A stretch of DNA of 64,000 bases from Octopus sinensis (taxonomy: Eukaryota), in NCBI RefSeq assembly GCF_006345805.1, contig NC_043002.1, positions 16,430,001 to 16,494,000 on the forward strand, given 5' to 3'. Under the pieces are notes generated by a model, which saw only the letters and a program-made list of their open reading frames with translations, searched no databases and was not told the origin of the DNA. How positions within the stretch are numbered: the stretch's first letter is position 1; each line of letters begins with the position of its first letter. The position numbers and the translations under genes were made by a program. This document shows, piece after piece, positions 40,163 to 53,706 of the stretch.

Positions 40163-40302
40163 ATATATATAATATCTATGTATATATATATATATGTATA
40201 TATGTATAGTATATGTTATATTGTATATATTAGTATATATATATTATATTATAATATATGTATATATATATATATGTATATTATATATATATAATATATA
40301 TG

Positions 40303-40338
<36 letters not shown>

Positions 40339-40398
40339 TGTAATTATATATATATAATATGTATATATATATCTATATATGTATATATATATATATTA

Positions 40399-40431
<33 letters not shown>

Positions 40432-40442
40432 TATATACATAT

Positions 40443-40487
<45 letters not shown>

Positions 40488-40907
40488 ATCACCATTATTC
40501 ATTTATTATCCAATAATATTATCTACATCATTTTCGAGCAGCCACCTATCACCATCATCAATGAACCATGAAATAAGTTAACGACATATACTTAATAAGC
40601 TCTTTTTCGTTTTTTTTAGGCTGATGTCGACATTTCAGACACCAATTTCGCGCAGACGATAGGAATTATATTCGCCATACATAATTGACTGATTCTTTAA
40701 AAACAGCTTCACATCGATAGACATCCTAATTTTCATCACAATATTTCTAAATAATAGAAGGCAATTTACGGGAACATTAACAAGAATTATAAATATTGAA
40801 ATATAAAAAAAGAAAAAAATATTAGCAATGGTGCAGGCGTGGCTGTGTGATAATAAAATTCTTTCCGTCCACATATTTCACGCTTCGATCCTACCCAGCG
40901 GAAACTT

Positions 40908-41063
40908 GTGGCTGTGTGGTAAGTAGCTTGTTTACGAACCACATGGTTCCGGGTTCAGTCCCACTGCGTGGCACTTTCGGCAAGTGTCTTTTACTATAGC
41001 TTCGGGCCGACCAAAACATTGTGAGTGGATATGGTAGACGGAAACTGAAAGAAGCCCGTCGTA

Positions 41064-41112
<49 letters not shown>

Positions 41113-41332
41113 ATGTGTGTATGTGTGTGTGTGTGTGTGTTTGTGTGTCGTTGTTTGTCCCCCCAACATCGCTTGACCACTGATGCTGGTGTGTTTACGT
41201 AACCGTAACTTAGCGGTTCGGCAATAGAATAAGTGCTAGGCTTACAAAGAACAAGTCCTGGGGTCGATTTGCTCGAATAAAAGCAGTGCTCCAGCATCGC
41301 CACAGTCAAATGGCTGAAACAAGTAAAAGAGT
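40908..41332 (+). mobile_element. SINE family A nested in an older SINE head
   Basis: Forward-strand copy flanked by an ~80-bp direct repeat (40827-40908 and 41333-41414). Confidence 0.88.
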
Positions 41333-41469
41333 AATGGTGCAGGCGTGACTGTGTGATAAAAAATTCTTTCCGTCCACATATTTCATGGCTTCGATCCTAC
41401 CCAGTGGAAACTTGGGCAATCGTCTTTTACTATTAGCCCAACCCGACCACAGCCAGTCGTTTATATGTT

Positions 41470-41665
41470 TTTAGATACACAGAGGCACTGGCGTGACTGT
41501 GAGGTACGGAGATAGCTTTCCAACCAAATAGCTCCAGGTTCAGTCCAACTTTCTGCCCCCTTATGCAATTGTTTTCTATTAGAGTTTCGGGCCGACTAAA
41601 GCCTTGTGAGTATGCTTGGTAGATGGAAACCGAAAGAAGCCCGTCATATATACATATGTATATAC
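41470..41665 (-). mobile_element. Diverged SINE A head
   Basis: Homologous to the 5' half of SINE A. Confidence 0.7.
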
Positions 41666-41934
41666 ATGTAAGTGTGCGTGCGTGCATTTATATTTCTCTC
41701 TTTGTTCGTCACCACCGATTTTGGTTTGTTTAGGCCCTCATAACCTAGGAGGGTAGTAAAACGCAATAGGCTCGCAGCATATAATTACTATGGTTGATTT
41801 GTGCAACGAAATCTTTTAAGGCTGAGCTGCTGTATGGCTGCAGCACAATGAGTTAAACGGTTAAATGATCCAGAAAGCAAATATATTTTAAATAAATGAC
41901 TGCAATTCCTAATTCATGACGTCCTATATCATTT

Positions 41935-42415
41935 CTCTCTCTTTTACTTGCTTCAGTCTACCATGAAAATCGACCCCAGGACTTATTCCTTTTAAGCGTA
42001 GTACTTATTCTATCGGTCTACTTTGCTGAACCGCTAAGTTACGGGGACGTAAACACAACACCATCGGTTCGGTTGTCAAGCGATGTTGGGGAGACAAACA
42101 CAGACATGTAAGCATATACACACACATACATATATATGTGGAAAAATTTACAGATTTTTTCTCTTACGAGGTTTTTCACGCTAACTACTGATAATTTCTT
42201 ATAAAGATTTTATCCTCAATTGTAAAAAAAAATATATATATATATATACATATATATGACGACGGGCTCCTTTCAGTTTCCGTCTACCAAATCCACTCAC
42301 AATGCTTCGTTCGACCCGAGGCTATGGTTGAAGACAGTCACCCAAGGTGCCACACAGTGGGAGTGAACTCGGAACCATGTGGTTCGTAAACAACCTACTT
42401 TCCACACAGCCACTC
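41935..42415 (-). mobile_element. SINE family A with an ~95-bp insertion in its internal microsatellite
   Basis: Both halves are present. An unrelated segment at 42138-42232 ends in A9. Confidence 0.85.
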
Positions 42416-42743
42416 AAGTTTTATATATTTGATAATTTGAACCATTAAATATTGTTTTTAAATTTTGGTACAAAGCCAAGAAGTTCCTCTGAAGGGTTAA
42501 CTACATTAGCCATAGTGCTCAACTGGTATCTAATATACCGTTCCCAATGGGATGTAACACAATATCGTCATCGGCAGAATGTGAACTCGGAATGATAAGA
42601 GGGATGATATACTGCTATGCATTTTGCTTGGCGTGATAATTCTGGCAGACACCTCCTTTGAACCATTAAATATTACCTTTCTGATAAGTTGTATTATAGG
42701 ATAAACGGGATCAGTAATTGACTAACTGTAACTAGTGATGTTC

Positions 42744-43137
42744 GCAGGAGTGTCTGTGCCGTAAGTATCTTGCCTACCAACCACATAGTCCCGGGTTCAC
42801 TCCTACTGCGTGGCATCTTGGGCAAGTGCCTTCTACTATGGCAGCGGGCCAGTCAAAGCCTTGGGAGTGGATTTGGTAGACGGAAACTGAAAGAAGCTCG
42901 TCGTATATATGTATATGTATATGATTGTGAGTGTTTGTGTATCTGTTTTCTCCCCCAAATCGCTTGACAACCGATGCTGGTGTGTTTACGTCCCAGTAAC
43001 ATAGCGGTTCAGCAATAGAGACCTATAGAATAGGTACTAGACTTACAAAGAATAAGTCCTGGGGTCGATTTGCTCGACTAAAGGCGGTGCTCCAGCATGG
43101 CCGCAAAGAAATGACTGAAACAAGTAAAAGAGTAAAA
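42744..43137 (+). mobile_element. SINE family A
   Basis: Full forward copy with a GTAAAAGAGTAAAAA tail. Confidence 0.9.
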
Positions 43138-43690
43138 AATTTGTAAATTTGAAAATAAATACAAATCTGAATTACTTCGGAGGAAATGTGTTAATAGTTT
43201 GTTTCCATGAAATGAATTACTTGTGAAAGTGACTGAAAGAAGATATACGGTTGTCAGCCTTCGCTGAATATATCATTTCCAGTATATTTCACTCTGCTCA
43301 TTATTTTATTCATTGACTCGTTTCAGTGATTGGCCAGTGCTCATGCTGGAGCAACGTAACAAAATGTTCTGGTCGATTACTTTGTATCTATGTATAATCA
43401 ATTATTTTTATCGATATGAAAGTATAGAGAAGATAAAGAAGCTCGAGTTTAAAAGAAAGCGACCGAAACTGGCGGGAAGAAAAAGAAAATTGAAACTGCC
43501 ATATATTATTTTCGATGCGGTGATTTCCAGGATGCACAAGAAGAAACACACCAAAACACACAGACAAACATGGACGAACAGACTTCGAGAGCAGCATAAA
43601 CGGCGTACAGAAACACAGACACACAGACACACACAGACATTTATATAGGTATACACACGCACACACACAGGCACATACAAACACGTACAC

Positions 43691-43723
<33 letters not shown>

Positions 43724-43749
43724 ATATGAATATGTATATATATTGAATA

Positions 43750-43945
43750 TGTATGTGACCACGTGTGACCCGTTGGCGATTTTTTTCCTTTGTCTTCCCT
43801 TCTCTGGATCTTTCCTTCTCCTATGTTTCCGACGAAGAGCTCCGCTCGAAACGTTAAACCCTTTCCTTCTTTCCTAAGCGTCCAATAATACTATATTTGT
43901 TCCACGTCCTCGCGTTGTTGTGTTTTTTGTGCTTTGTTGCACATA
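43750..43945 (+). mobile_element. Solo PLE pseudo-LTR between microsatellites
   Basis: Homologous to 20230-20410 and contains the hammerhead at 43825-43859. Confidence 0.8.
43825..43859 (+). ncRNA. Minimal type I hammerhead ribozyme, U4C variant
   Basis: GTTT-CCGACGA-A-GAGC-TCC-GCTC-GAA-ACGT-T-AAAC. Perfect helices I and II, palindromic helix III. Confidence 0.72.
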
Positions 43946-43958
43946 TACATATATATAC

Positions 43959-44017
<59 letters not shown>

Positions 44018-44020
44018 TAC

Positions 44021-44059
<39 letters not shown>

Positions 44060-44062
44060 TAC

Positions 44063-44095
<33 letters not shown>

Positions 44096-45744
44096 CGTAA
44101 ATATATATATACGATTATATGTATATATATATATATATATATGCATACGTGTATGTATATATATACATACACATATATATGTATGTGTGTTTTATATATA
44201 CATATATATATACATTCATATATATATATATATACATATACATATACACATACGTGCATACACAAACATCCAAACACACATACACATGCAAATACATAGA
44301 AACTCACACACACACAACACACATTTTTTTTATTGCAGTGGAGTCGCTGCTCCGTTGTAGTTACATTCAATTGCTAGTGTGCTACAATGACAGTTTATAT
44401 TGGCAGTTAAAATTGGGATATTGAAATTTCTTCAGCTATCTGCGTTTGATAATAGCCTATAACTCGTTATGAGTCTCTTTACTTTGATGTATCCAGATGG
44501 TGTTATGTATTATTCACTGAAGATTTGTATTAAGTCTGTCCCCGTTATACCAAGATGTAGTAAACAAACAGGCGTTTTTTAAAAATTATTTTTTGGCACA
44601 TTACGTTAAATATATTCAAGAACTATAATAATGCTATCAATAATAATAATACCTGCACTCTATCAGTGTCAAAATACCTTCGATTTTGAGATGTTTTTCA
44701 AAAATAGTATATTTAAAAATCGATAACTTTTCAATGGCAAATTAAATATTTACTGCTCTCCTATAAAGATATTTATATTTCGCTATTTCAATGTAATGAA
44801 ATCTCTATGTCCTTCAATGCTTATAACGATAAAATATATGTATGCAAACCGTTTAACATATTGTTGCGGTGAACATTGATATGAAATTACGGTGAATATG
44901 GACAGGTTAAAGCACTCATTCTCATATACAAGTAAATCTTTAATTATGATTGTATAGGGTCTGAGACTATTAGTAACCTTTCTCCGTCTTTTCGGTTTTC
45001 GAGTGGCTTGGAACTACTTTATATTCTTTCATAAATGCTTCTGTACCAAATCTGACAAGCAATTTTAATATACTAATTCCGTTTCATAAATGCTGTGACT
45101 CATCTTTTGCTGTGTTTTCACGATTAAATAATCTCTGCATATCGACATCTAAAAGTAATTCCATTTTATTAGACAAAGTTTAAATTTGCTGGAGAAGTAA
45201 ATGAAACATATTTAAATAATGTATTCAATGACAGAATTTAATTACTTGTTTTATACCAAGTCGAACTAATCTCTCTAAATAGCATCAATTTTCTAAATAA
45301 ATAATAATTATAAAAAATTGCGCATGGGTTTTCTGATATTGATGCGTTTGCGAATATCTATTACTCAGATTTCGCGTATGTTTCAACAGAATGGAATATA
45401 ATATAAATCACAATGTTTTTTGATACGCACTGAATACGCGTGTTTTAGATTCTGAGGTGCATGGAAATGGAAACTTTATACCTCTCAAAAATTAAGGAGT
45501 ATGTCTAGAATAGTAAAGAAACGTATTTGTGTATCACCTTACTTATTAACATTGATACTAAGTTTTTCTTTTATTTTTAAACTGAGCATATCACTGAGGT
45601 TTGTGAAACTTATAACATATTTTGTGCTTTATATTCTCAGATCTTAACGTAATAATTCTTATTAAAAATGTTCTCAAAATTATAGACGATGGCCATAGGT
45701 ATATTCGGTCAGGAAACTTTCTACTCATGAATTGATATCTCATT

Positions 45745-46580
45745 ACTCTTTACTCTTTTACTCTTTTACTTGTTTCAGTCATTTGACTGCGGCCATGCTG
45801 GAGCACCGCCTTTAGTCGAGCAAATCGACCCCGGGACTTATTCTTTGTAAGCCCAGTACTTATTCTATCGGTCTCTTTTGCCGAACCGCTAGGTGACGGG
45901 GTCGTAAACACACCAGCATCGGTTGTCAAGCAATGCTAGCGGGACAAACAGAGACACACAAACACACACATACATATATATATATACATATATACGACAG
46001 GCTTCTTTCAGTTTCCATCTACCAAATCCACTCACAAGGCTTTGGTCGGCCCGAGGCTATAGCAGAAGACACTTGCCCAAGGTGCCACGCAGTGGGACTG
46101 AACTCGGAACCATGTGGCTGGTTAGCAAGCTACTTACCACACAGCAACTCCTGCGCCTATATAGCCACTCCTGCGCCTATATTACTCTTTACTCTTTACT
46201 CTTTTACTTGTTTCAGTCATTTGACTGCGGCCATGCTGGAGCACCGCCTTTTTAGTCGAGCAAATCGACCCCGGGACTTATTCTTTGTAAGCCCAGTACT
46301 TATTCTATCGGTCTCTTTTGCCGAACCGCTAAGCGACGGGGACGTAAACACACCAGCATCGGTTGTCAAGCAATGCTACGGGGACAAACACACACACACA
46401 CATATATACATATATATACATATATACGACAGGCTTCTTTCAGTTTCCGTCTACCAAATCCACTCACAAGGCATTGGTCGACCCGGGGCTATAGCAGAAG
46501 ACACTTGCCCAAGATGCCACGCAGTGGGACTGAACCCGGAACCATGTGGTTTGTTAGCAAGCTACTTACCACACAGCCAC
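45745..46580 (-). mobile_element. Head-to-tail dimer of SINE family A
   Basis: Two near-complete copies. The junction carries a duplicated CTCCTGCGCCTATA (about 46146-46182). Confidence 0.92.
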
Positions 46581-49500
46581 TGACTATTCTACTAAATTTT
46601 ATACATTTCTGAATCTAAGCTCTAACTGTGTGGCCTAATATGACCTGGCTGCACATTTGAACCACAAAATGGAAGAAAACATCATAAAACGTATTATAAT
46701 TTAAAGACAACAATTTTATTTTCTGACCTCCACTCTAAAAAATTCATACAGAATTTCATCAGTTCAAGATCAAGATCGAAAAACGTAAGCCATTCGCTCA
46801 GACTGTTTCAGGAATCTGTATATAAAGAAGTAACTTCGATAATACAAGATGTGTAGATTTCTATTGCTAATTGTTTGAAGTAATTCTCTGATTGCTACCA
46901 TACATAGACACGCTGGATACTCTCTTGACACTAGGAAACGTGAAGCAAAATTCGACCTAAATGCAAATATCTACACTAACATCCAGTTCATTCTCATTTA
47001 CAGCAAAGACGTCTAAAACAACATGAAATGAAGTGTTATTAATTAAACTAACCAATATCTATCTGACCTACTGTTTGAATCTACGAATTTATGATAAACT
47101 GAACAACCTAACTAAAGTTTTATACCCTTTACAACAAATGATTAAAAATGTATTCTATATAATAACGTATCTATTCATTCTCAATAATTTCTGGCAAATT
47201 TGTGAGTAAATTTCTAATCGAAGTAGTATTTTGTAACAGACGAACGTATGTCTTTAGATCATATATGTTCATAACACACGGCATTCACCTGTGTAAGTGA
47301 ACATACAGATTGCGCGATGTTTCGACCATAATGTGTGTCGCCTCAGTGACATACACAGCACCAATGATATAATAAGGGTGCAGGCTCTTATGGTAATTAG
47401 CAAACAAAATCCGTGCTGATGTTTTCCAGACAGATTATAGTTAATGTATTGTGCGCAAAACATCATTCCAAACATTAATGTTCTGGCAAGTTCGAACTGA
47501 AATATTTGACTGTTGTCTTTTGGTTTTACTAACAGGAGTAGCGTCTCTTGTTAGATTCGTCTGTCCTCTGGGGTATTTATAGATTAGGCTCACAGTATCG
47601 TTAAATATTCTTTATTTGAAAGTCCACTCAATCAAGTGCATAGCGTTCGTTTGGAACACACTTCATATTAAGTGAAAAAAATGTTCTCAGATTTCGAAAG
47701 ATTACTTCAATTTAAGAGCAACTTTCGAATCCGTGAGAATCTAATGAGAATGAAGAGGTATGATATTATTTAGATTCTTGCCCCTCTTGAATAATCAAAT
47801 CAAGTCATTCTTGTAAAGAATAAACTTCTGTTCTATAAACTATCTGTTATATAATGTATCATCTGTCATATGACGTGTGCTAATTTCGCCGTAGACAACT
47901 ATTATTTCTAATACTTTCAAGTAAATGCAGTGAATGAAGTAACGTTGAACCAGCTTTTAATTCTTTAATAATAGGTTATGCAATAACTATTGAAAGTGAT
48001 TTAGATAGTCCATAGGTACTGTGAAGAAAATCTAAATGTTAAACATTCAATTCCGCAGTTAGCATGGGTTACTGGACGTTAATGTATACAAAAGTAATTT
48101 ACATAATATCAAGAGCACCGTGGGAATAGACGTTGGAAAAATGAGGTGAATGAAATTACATATTTCAGTGTGATTAAACAGGCAGTCAAGCGTTTGGAGA
48201 ATGATAGAATGCGGGATAAAACTCATTAAAATAATGTGTAGCTTCTTGTGACACTTTTTCTAAGGAAAGCCCTCGAGGTTTGATTCAGATTCCACATGCA
48301 GGGTATATAATTAATTAATGATATATTAGCAAATTTACTGAAATAAATTTATTGCCAGCGATCAATTCATACATTATAACTGGAATAGAAACTAGTCAAA
48401 AGAAATCCATAACTGTAAAAATAAATATACAAATAGAGTTTAGACTCCGTAGAAAGTGAGGCAAAGAAATCAATGAGAGAAAAAGTTAGGAGAATAGAGA
48501 AAAATATCGAAATATTCAGATGACTAGCGGAGGGGAAGAACGAAGATCGGAGAAAAAAGTGGCCGCTGGAGAAAAAACAATTTTCTTCTAAATATAGTAT
48601 CATGCACATTAATATTTTATCGAAGAGAAATTGCACCAAATAGAACAACAGTAAAGTCTAAAGCAAATCAGATTGTTGAATGTCACGTATAACAGCTGTA
48701 GGAGAAGGATCTTACCGAAGAAAAACTAAACATAGACGTTTCTTTAAGGAATTTATTAGCAATATGAACGACGTGTTGGCAGATATATACTGTCAGTTTT
48801 GCATTTATCCTGCGGATATAACCTGAAAATTCTCGTGGCCATATCATGTCACAAAATCGATATGGATATCTTCCTTAGAACACTGTCTTACTTTCATCGT
48901 ATTTTTTTTCTTTGGTAGTTTTGTACTAATCGGGTATTGAATCAGATCCCGGGTAAGAAATTCTGAACTGACAGCTACTTAAGAAAAGCTTTCACTTTCG
49001 TGTGTAACTCTTTCTTCCTTGATTGTTTTATTTCTTTTCTTGCTTGCTTTTGATTCTAGCTATCTTTTGAAGTTGCAGCAGTGGCTGGTATCTTTCCATG
49101 TAATATGAATGACAGATCATTGAATCTTCTTTTAGCTAAGAGAAACACAGTTGGTGTATTGAGCATAAAAAAGGGAAACAAGGGAAAAAAGCCATGATAG
49201 TTTTGCTTCCTTGTCAATTACGCAAAAAACATTAACAAAGAAAGGATACATTCAAATGCAACGGTTTCAGGAAAATCACTTAAAATCTTAGACAGTTTGC
49301 TGCTACACAGAATGTTACTTGTCCATTTTCTAATACGAGTGGGTTTCAATTGCAACACGCTCTTTTTTAGCTGTAAGGACATGGTTGTTAGTTGCTCTTC
49401 GTAGAGAAATTATAAAATTGGGCTTTGCTGTAATATTCATATTTCACAAATATCGTATGAAATGGTTTTAGGAAAAACATTATTTGTTTTTAAAATGGCA

Positions 49501-52249
49501 TAAACAAAGTTTGCCTTGCATTGTCGTTGCAACAACCTTAGGTAAGTTAAAGAAATTTTACCACTGTGTTGATCAGCAATCATTGCTATTTTATGAGTAT
49601 GACTGTTCCTTGATATGTGTACAAAAAACGTAATAAACTAAGAGAAATTACGATCAAAAGAAAACTGAATGAATTATATATTTATATTATATTGTGTCGG
49701 TGAGTATCAGTATATATGTGTGGACGTATACGTGCAAATAGCAGAGACTCCCTTAAGGTTATATCTAATATGTATAAACATTACACTCAAATATTTAAAT
49801 GAATGTCTGCGCTAATTTATAAAATGTTGTTTATACAGTAGAATGGTATTATCTTTTTTTTTCATCTAATAAATCTCATATACATTCTCATGAAGTCAGT
49901 ATACACAAGAACACATTAATCCACTACGCAAGATAATTATGTTGCATTTCTATGTATATGTATCTATATATTTCTACATATTTCCTTGTATATATTTGTA
50001 CGACCACATGTAGTTTGCCTGGTTCTATGTTAATATAACTTCTCATGTGTTCATAAACTTCTCTGTGTAGACACAACTAATTTTTATTTCAAAACGTAAA
50101 TGTATTTTTAGGTTAAAATAACGAAATATAAACATTGCAACACAGATATTGTAATATTCCTGCAGGTGAACAGGTGAAACACGAATTTTAATAAAGCTAT
50201 AAATTTTATGAGACAAAATAAATATTACTTTTAAGATTTCTGAGCTCAAGAACCACTAGGAAGCAGATGTATTAAGATATCTCGTTAGTAAAAGTTATTA
50301 AGTAGTGTTACTCATTCTTGTTTTATTTGCTATTATATAGACTAAGAATAATGCTTCTTTCCAATGACCTCTAACGGAAGGTCATTTCCAAGAGTATCAA
50401 TATTTAATGCAACATAAAAAGTAACTGTGTGGTTTAATTAAGAGTAGCTGTTATTTCTATTAAACAGATATGTATAAAGCTGTTATTTCTATTAAACCGA
50501 CGACACTGCAGAGAATCAATCATTGTTTCGTTTCACACTGTCTGAATACGAAATTTAATCCATTTTCCACTTGACAATCAGTGGCTAAGGTAAAAGATCT
50601 TTGCCTGTCATGATATTCACTGAGACTAAACAACTACGAACAATGAGAATAGGCAGAAAATGTCTTTATCATAAAACCATCCTAATTTACTTTAGATAGC
50701 TCTAGAAGGAGTCGAGTTATTGTTGATGCCTATCCTTTCATATTAGACATACATTACTTACGCCCAAGACACACATCTGTAATGGATCAGTAAAACCATG
50801 TCTAAACAAATGAAAACCTGTTTAAATTGTTCCAATTGTGTCTTGTAAGCAACAATGTCTTGTATAACTACACTGTTTTCCCTTTATTTTTAATTCGATA
50901 AGTATTTTTGAATTCTGTTCAAACAATGAGCTATATATATATATAAACATTTTCTTTTACTTGATATGCTTGGGAAAAGGGCAGGTGCAAGCGTTGTTCT
51001 CCGGTCCACCTCGAGTGGTTGAGATTCACTCCATTGCTATTCTCCTCAAGCATTTCCAATTCAACATCTGCAACTAAGAGATAAGCAGGGAAAATTTCAG
51101 AGTTACGCCGATCTGTGAGAGATGGATTTGATGCTATGCATACAACGGGGCATATAAGACAAGACATTATCTGAAAAGAGTTTTCAGTAAGAAATGCCTG
51201 AGTGGAGGGGGAATGGGTAAAGTAGGTGGGATTCCATCTCGGAACACAGGCCATTACATTTACAGCAGAAATGACAGTGGAGAAAATCTAAGTGTAGATC
51301 AAGATTTTGGAATGTTCTCTGTTTTTATACTAATCAGTAATGTGACCATATTCTAGATGGTGCATGGACACAGCAACAGCCATCAAGATATGAGAGCAAT
51401 ACTTCTTTCGGTGTCTCACCTGAGCTTTGAAGAAAGTCAGTAATCTTTGAAACCTAAAGTATCATTTGCTCATAAAAAAGAAGAAACCCTTGTTAAAATG
51501 CGTTTTAATGATATTTCATCTTTATTGGTCTTGTGTGTTTATGAGAATCAAATGTGGAAGGATTATGGGGGGATCCAGGAGAGCACACCTTATGATTAGG
51601 TGGGATTTTGTTACGAGCGACGAAAATTTGTTAAGGCAAAAATATTTCTTCCTTTATCTTAAAGGAGACGATTTTAATAATATACTGTAGATGGGAAATA
51701 TTTAAAGTAAAATAGGACATGGCAGGTATATTTGATGCATACATTTAAAATAATATCGTCATACGGCACACTAAAATAATGTATCAGAGTTGCCATCTCC
51801 CTCATGTAGAATTTTGTTTACGAGCAAATGTAAAGTTTTCACATGGCATGTTTGAATACGTCCACTGCTACTGCTATTAGTTTGATTTAGACTAGTCAAG
51901 TAATTTACTGTTTGACATGATGTTGGAATAACTGTCCAATGCGTTTAAGTCAAGTTTAAGAGAGAGAATATATCCTCATAGGCCTGTCATGTATATAGAG
52001 TTCATACAGTTTATATATTTTGTTATAAAATTTCGCAATAATTTTATTATTGATTTTTCCCAATCAATAACACTTCTACTGTTATTTTCCTTAAAATGAG
52101 AACACACTCTCACAAATGTACACAAATATCTATGCGCAGCTACAGGCATATGTATGTATATATAATTGAGTCTATATATATTTATATATATATCTGTGTT
52201 TGAGAGTATGTGTGCGTCTGTATGTGTGTGTCTGTGTATCACTGTGTGT

Positions 52250-53480
52250 ATGCTCGAGCATCATTTAAATATGGTGTAGATGAAGTAACTAGCCTTCAGG
52301 TCCATACTTTCCAGATAGCTGGCATTAGATCAAGAGAGATAATGCGGGGCAACGGCAAAACGTGGTGACATGCTGTTATGCTGAGCAAGAATTCTTGATT
52401 TGCGGAAAATATTAATGCATAAAGTTTTATGGTCTCGGCATAGAACTGCTTAGTGAGTACTGCGAGATCTAGAGATCGGTTCAAACCCATTCCCATTACT
52501 AATCTCCTGTCTTCCCGCAGAAGCTTGGTTATCTGTGGATAAGTTGGTGTTTAGACTACTGCATAAGTATGGTTAAATAAGTCTGTTTTTACAGGCCGAT
52601 CCTCATTTGGGGAAAATAAAACTCTCCCTAGTCTAGGATCTATTTTTAGTGTGTAAAATGATCGACACATTATAGACAGGCCACAAACCTGGATGAACTA
52701 TTTCGGTATGGTGCTTGTAGTATTTTGCCGTTCACCAAACCTTTCGTCTGAGGTCCCAAGTATGTTCTGTGTAGGAAGTAAGTTCAAGGCGGCGAGCTGG
52801 CAGAAACGTTACTACGCCGGGCGAAATGCTTAGAAGTATTTCGTTTGTCTCTACGTTCTGAGTTCAAATTCCGCCGGGGTCAACTTTGCCTTTCATCATT
52901 TCGGAGTCAATTAAATAAGTACCAGTTACGCCCTGGGGTCGATATAATCAATTTAATCTGTTTGTCTGTCCTTGTTTTCCCCTCTCTGTGTAGCTCCTTG
53001 TGGGTAGTAAAGAAATATGTATTTCGTCTGCCGCTACGTTATGAGTTCAAGTTCTGCCGAGGTCAAATTTGCCTCTCATCCTTTCGGGATCGATTAAATA
53101 ATTACCAGTTTCGTGTACAGGAGTCGATATAATCAACTTAATCCGTTTGTCTGTCCTTGTTTGTCCTCTCTGTATGTAGTCCCTTGTGGGCAGTAAAGAA
53201 ATAAGTATGTTCTGTTTACACAGGAGCATTCACGTTTTTCAGGTCAATCATGCGGCTACTAACTAAATTATTGAACAGTTAACATTCATGATTCTATATA
53301 CGACGGTCTTTTAATATAGGTGGTGGGGAAATCAGACTTTGGTGATAAAGGAATGATGGCAATTCCTAACCTTTGAACTTAAAGATGTTGCATAGTCAGA
53401 AGCAGCTGTGATTTCCTTGTTGACAACATGTATGGGTGCCGTATTGAAACCTTTGTCGTCTGATTAGTGACTTCTTTGCC
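52250..53480 (-). mobile_element. Possible highly decayed Gypsy-like pol remnant interrupted by SINEs
   Basis: Only weak motifs (APIHVVNK..., MIDLKN) amid many stops. Confidence 0.25.
52788..53205 (+). mobile_element. Tandem SINE family B (full copy + 5'-truncated copy)
   Basis: The second unit begins at GTATTTCGTCTG directly after the AAAGAAATAT tail. Confidence 0.88.
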
Positions 53481-53706
53481 TTAGCAATGAAGAAATTTGA
53501 TATATCTTTGCTACCTGCATTCTTTTGTTTTCGTTCGCTTTTTTTTTTTACGCATCTGTATATTTATTTATTGGTTGTGCTAGACCGTCCTCAAATTGTC
53601 ACGGATAAGTTCATCTGTGTCTCTCTAACTGTCAATCAACCTGTCTATCTATGCCTGTATATGTGTGTGAGTGAGTGTGTGTGTTTATTTACGTACACCT
53701 CTCTTA

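Noticed and set aside
50940-51460. Coding-like GC-richer segment
   Set aside because: Multiple stops in all plus-strand frames and no diagnostic motif. It may be an old retroelement remnant but I cannot support a call.
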